A stretch of 64,000 bases of DNA, taken from NCBI GenBank assembly GCA_041172145.1, contig JBEDKL010000005.1:297-64296 (forward strand). The letters are read 5' to 3'. The translations under genes were made by a program, and so were the position numbers. Every line of letters begins with the position of its first letter. The stretch's first letter is position 1. This DNA comes from Actinomycetota bacterium. GTDB lineage: Bacteria; Actinomycetota; Actinomycetes; Nanopelagicales; Nanopelagicaceae. The notes under the pieces were generated by a model. That model had not been told where the DNA came from, ran no database searches, and saw only the letters and a program-made list of their open reading frames with translations. Positions 61,367 through 64,000 of this stretch are shown here, piece by piece.

Positions 61367-61801
61367 TTACTTAGAAACTAGATTTGCCAGAGCGATAATG
61401 GCCAAAACATAGGAATTTGGTCCAAATCCGCCAATCGTTCCATTGGCCACACCTGAAATTACTGAGGTATGACGGAACTCTTCACGGGTTAAGGGATTAG
61501 ATAAATGCACCTCAATTAAGGGTGCTTTTACCAGCTCTGCAGCATCGCGGATCGCATACGAGTAATGGGTGAAAGCGGCTGGATTAATGATCACCGGAGT
61601 ATTTGCATCGGCTGCTTCATGTAACCAACCAATAATTGTGGCCTCGTCATCGCTTTGACGAATATCGGCCTCAAAACCATGTTTGTTTGCTGCAATATCA
61701 ATGAGATTTTTTAATTCTGCGTAGTTGAGATCCCCATAGATGGATGAGTCACGGATATCTAATCGTGAGAGATTAGGACCGTTTATTACAAGGATCTTCA
61801 T
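61367..61801 (-). CDS. aroQ: Type II 3-dehydroquinate dehydratase
   Basis: INGPNL, INPAAFTHYSYAIRDA, EVHLSNP..REEFRH.S. Confidence 0.95.
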   Translation of the reverse strand: MKILVINGPNLSRLDIRDSSIYGDLNYAELKNLIDIAANKHGFEADIRQSDDEATIIGWLHEAADANTPVIINPAAFTHYSYAIRDAAELVKAPLIEVHLSNPLTREEFRHTSVISGVANGTIGGFGPNSYVLAIIALANLVSK

Positions 61802-62853
61802 GAGCAAATTCTCTCATAGGCAGCATCTAGTTCGGCTGAGGAGAGATCTTCAAGTCGAACAGTCGCCCCCAATCCCCGTAGTGCGACAAAACGAATGGTG
61901 TTTCCGCGAGCTTTTTTATCCAGGGCCAACAATGGAGCCAATTTTTGCCATGCTTGTCTCTCAAATGAGATTGGAAGCTCAAATCTGGTCAGTAATTTGC
62001 GATGAAGTTCCAGAGTTGATTGATCAATCAACTCTCGCGCAAAGGCCAACTCGGCCACAAAAACCATTCCTATGGCTACAGCTTCTCCATGTCGCATCTG
62101 ATACTTAGCAAAGATTTCAATTGCGTGCCCCAAGGTATGTCCGTAATTAAGAGCTTCGCGTTCAAAGCTTTCTTTGAAATCAGTTGAAACAACCTTTGCC
62201 TTCACTGCAACCGCTCGAGAAACCAACTCCAATAATGCTTCGGTATCTGAAATAGGGTCATTGAGATCAATTGAATCTGCAACTACCAATATTTGACTAT
62301 CGGCGATAAATCCACACTTGATCACTTCAGCCATACCGGCTGAAAAGTCTCTTGACGATAAAGTTTTCAGGAACTCTAGATCAATAATTACTTTTTGTGG
62401 TGAGTGAAAGGCACCGATCAAATTCTTGCCATAATCAGAGTTAATTCCAGTCTTTCCACCTACGGATGCATCCACCATTCCCGCCAGAGAGGTTGGGACA
62501 GCTATCCAATCAATACCTCGAAGCCAGGTTGCCGCAGCGAACCCAGCCAAATCCGTTATCGCTCCCCCACCGATTCCCACAATCAAATCTGATCGAGTAA
62601 AGCCTGCCGCCCCTAACCAACTCCATAGCGAAATCAATGTTGATGAGTTCTTAGCATCCTCACCATCGGGAACTGTAAAGATATGAAGTTCGGCATCTGA
62701 TGAGCGCAGAGTTGTAAGATCTGGTGAATAAGCAGCGGAGACAATGACAGCAATCCGTGTTCTGCCCTTTAACTCCGCCAGTAGAGTTGAACTCCACTCG
62801 CAACCAATCACAACTGAGTATTGGTGTTCAGCATTCACTTCAATAATCTTCAT
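61798..62853 (-). CDS. aroB: 3-dehydroquinate synthase
   Basis: GEDAK, GGGAITDLAGF, DASVGGKTGIN, LNYGHTLGHAIE, HGEAVAIG. Confidence 0.96.
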   Translation of the reverse strand: MKIIEVNAEHQYSVVIGCEWSSTLLAELKGRTRIAVIVSAAYSPDLTTLRSSDAELHIFTVPDGEDAKNSSTLISLWSWLGAAGFTRSDLIVGIGGGAITDLAGFAAATWLRGIDWIAVPTSLAGMVDASVGGKTGINSDYGKNLIGAFHSPQKVIIDLEFLKTLSSRDFSAGMAEVIKCGFIADSQILVVADSIDLNDPISDTEALLELVSRAVAVKAKVVSTDFKESFEREALNYGHTLGHAIEIFAKYQMRHGEAVAIGMVFVAELAFARELIDQSTLELHRKLLTRFELPISFERQAWQKLAPLLALDKKARGNTIRFVALRGLGATVRLEDLSSAELDAAYERICS

Positions 62854-63353
62854 CGCAAACTCTTTACTACTTCGGCGACAACACTCGCAACATCCATGTC
62901 ATCAACCTTAATCGCAGTAGTGGCAAGCTGCTCGTAGATCGGTCTACGTTGATCACTCAGGGCCTGCCATTGTGCGCGTGGATTGCCTAGCAGAAGAGGT
63001 CTATCTCGGTTAAAGCCAACACGTGGTGCTGCCGTTGACAGGGAGACATCCAGAAAGATGACTTGTGATTGTGAATCAGTAATTGCCTGTTGAGCCTCTT
63101 GTGAGATCGGTGCACCGCCACCTAAACCAATCACAACATCATCTAGATGTAAAACTTCATGAAGAGTCTCTAACTCCATAGCTCTAAAAGTTGGCTCGCC
63201 GTCGACAACAAAGATATCGGTGATTGATTTGCCGCTTTTATCTTGGATTAACTGATCTGTATCAACAAATTTTAAGGACAAAGATTCAGCTAGCGCGGCA
63301 CCAACCGTACTTTTTCCAGCACCCGGAGGACCAATTAGAACTATTCGGCTCAT
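62850..63353 (-). CDS. aroK: Shikimate kinase
   Basis: IGPPGAGKSTVG, DTD..I, GE..FR, LGGG, RPLL; start moved to ATG 63353. Confidence 0.94.
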   Translation of the reverse strand: MSRIVLIGPPGAGKSTVGAALAESLSLKFVDTDQLIQDKSGKSITDIFVVDGEPTFRAMELETLHEVLHLDDVVIGLGGGAPISQEAQQAITDSQSQVIFLDVSLSTAAPRVGFNRDRPLLLGNPRAQWQALSDQRRPIYEQLATTAIKVDDMDVASVVAEVVKSLR

Positions 63354-63360
63354 GGGATTC

Positions 63361-64000
63361 CTACTTGAAATTGAGGTGTGCGATGTAAGACTCGTAGTTA
63401 CGTCTGGTCTCTGTAACAGAATCACCACCGAACTTTTCGAGAACCGCTTCAGCCAAAACCAAGGCAACCATCGCTTCGGCCACAACGCCTGCAGCCGGAA
63501 CTGCGCAGACATCTGATCGTTGGTTAATAGCTTTGGCCGCTTCACCAGTTGAAACATCAATTGTGTCCAACGCCTTAGGAACAGTTGAAATTGGTTTCAT
63601 CGCAGCGCGAACTCTCAGAATCTCGCCGTTAGACATTCCGCCTTCAGTTCCTCCCGCGCGATCTGTACGACGAACTATCTTTCCTTGTGAATCTTTTTCG
63701 ATCTCATCATGGGCAACCGATCCCCTGCGTGTGGCTGTTTGAAATCCATCTCCAATTTCAACGCCCTTAATCGCCTGGATACCCATTACTGCGCCAGCTA
63801 ACTTTGAATCCAGACGTCGATCCCAATGCACATGTGAACCTAATCCTGGTGGCATATTAAAGGCCAAAACTTCAACCACGCCACCCAAGGTGTCGCCATC
63901 ACGATGGGCCTTTTCGATCTCTGAAATCATCAACTCGCTGGTTGAGGAATCCGCGCAACGGACCGGATCAGAATCGATCTTCTTCATATCCCCTGCAACA
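63361..64000 (-). CDS. aroC: Chorismate synthase (5'-truncated by window edge)
   Basis: [44 protein letters not shown]. Confidence 0.96.
   Translation of the reverse strand, partial: VAGDMKKIDSDPVRCADSSTSELMISEIEKAHRDGDTLGGVVEVLAFNMPPGLGSHVHWDRRLDSKLAGAVMGIQAIKGVEIGDGFQTATRRGSVAHDEIEKDSQGKIVRRTDRAGGTEGGMSNGEILRVRAAMKPISTVPKALDTIDVSTGEAAKAINQRSDVCAVPAAGVVAEAMVALVLAEAVLEKFGGDSVTETRRNYESYIAHLNFK

Overview
A gene-dense core-genome segment of a streamlined, moderate-GC actinobacterium. Gene content (mshC, mIHF, pafBC, bldD-like, tat/helY block) and the very short intergenic spaces suggest freshwater acI / Ca. Nanopelagicales (Planktophila-like); this placement is inference. About 63 CDS cover aromatic amino-acid, glycine cleavage, tat/pafBC, methionine, mycothiol, nucleobase salvage, his, fmt/def/priA/metK/coaBC/rpoZ, pyrimidine, nusB/efp and aro functions. 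I see no integrase, transposase, prophage or CRISPR array. The most unusual signals are: (1) a tRNA-Leu(GAG) that stops at the end of its anticodon loop and abuts the apt start codon; (2) pafB split by a frameshift, with the Pup-proteasome block absent from its usual site; (3) a structured leader on an AzgA/NCS2 permease within a possible nucleobase-salvage cluster; (4) symmetric, overlapping leaderless promoters driving divergent genes; (5) a BldD orthologue with an intact c-di-GMP motif; (6) cmk-der and mIHF-gmk fusions and a split serB. All calls come from motif recognition and recalled synteny; no database search was run.
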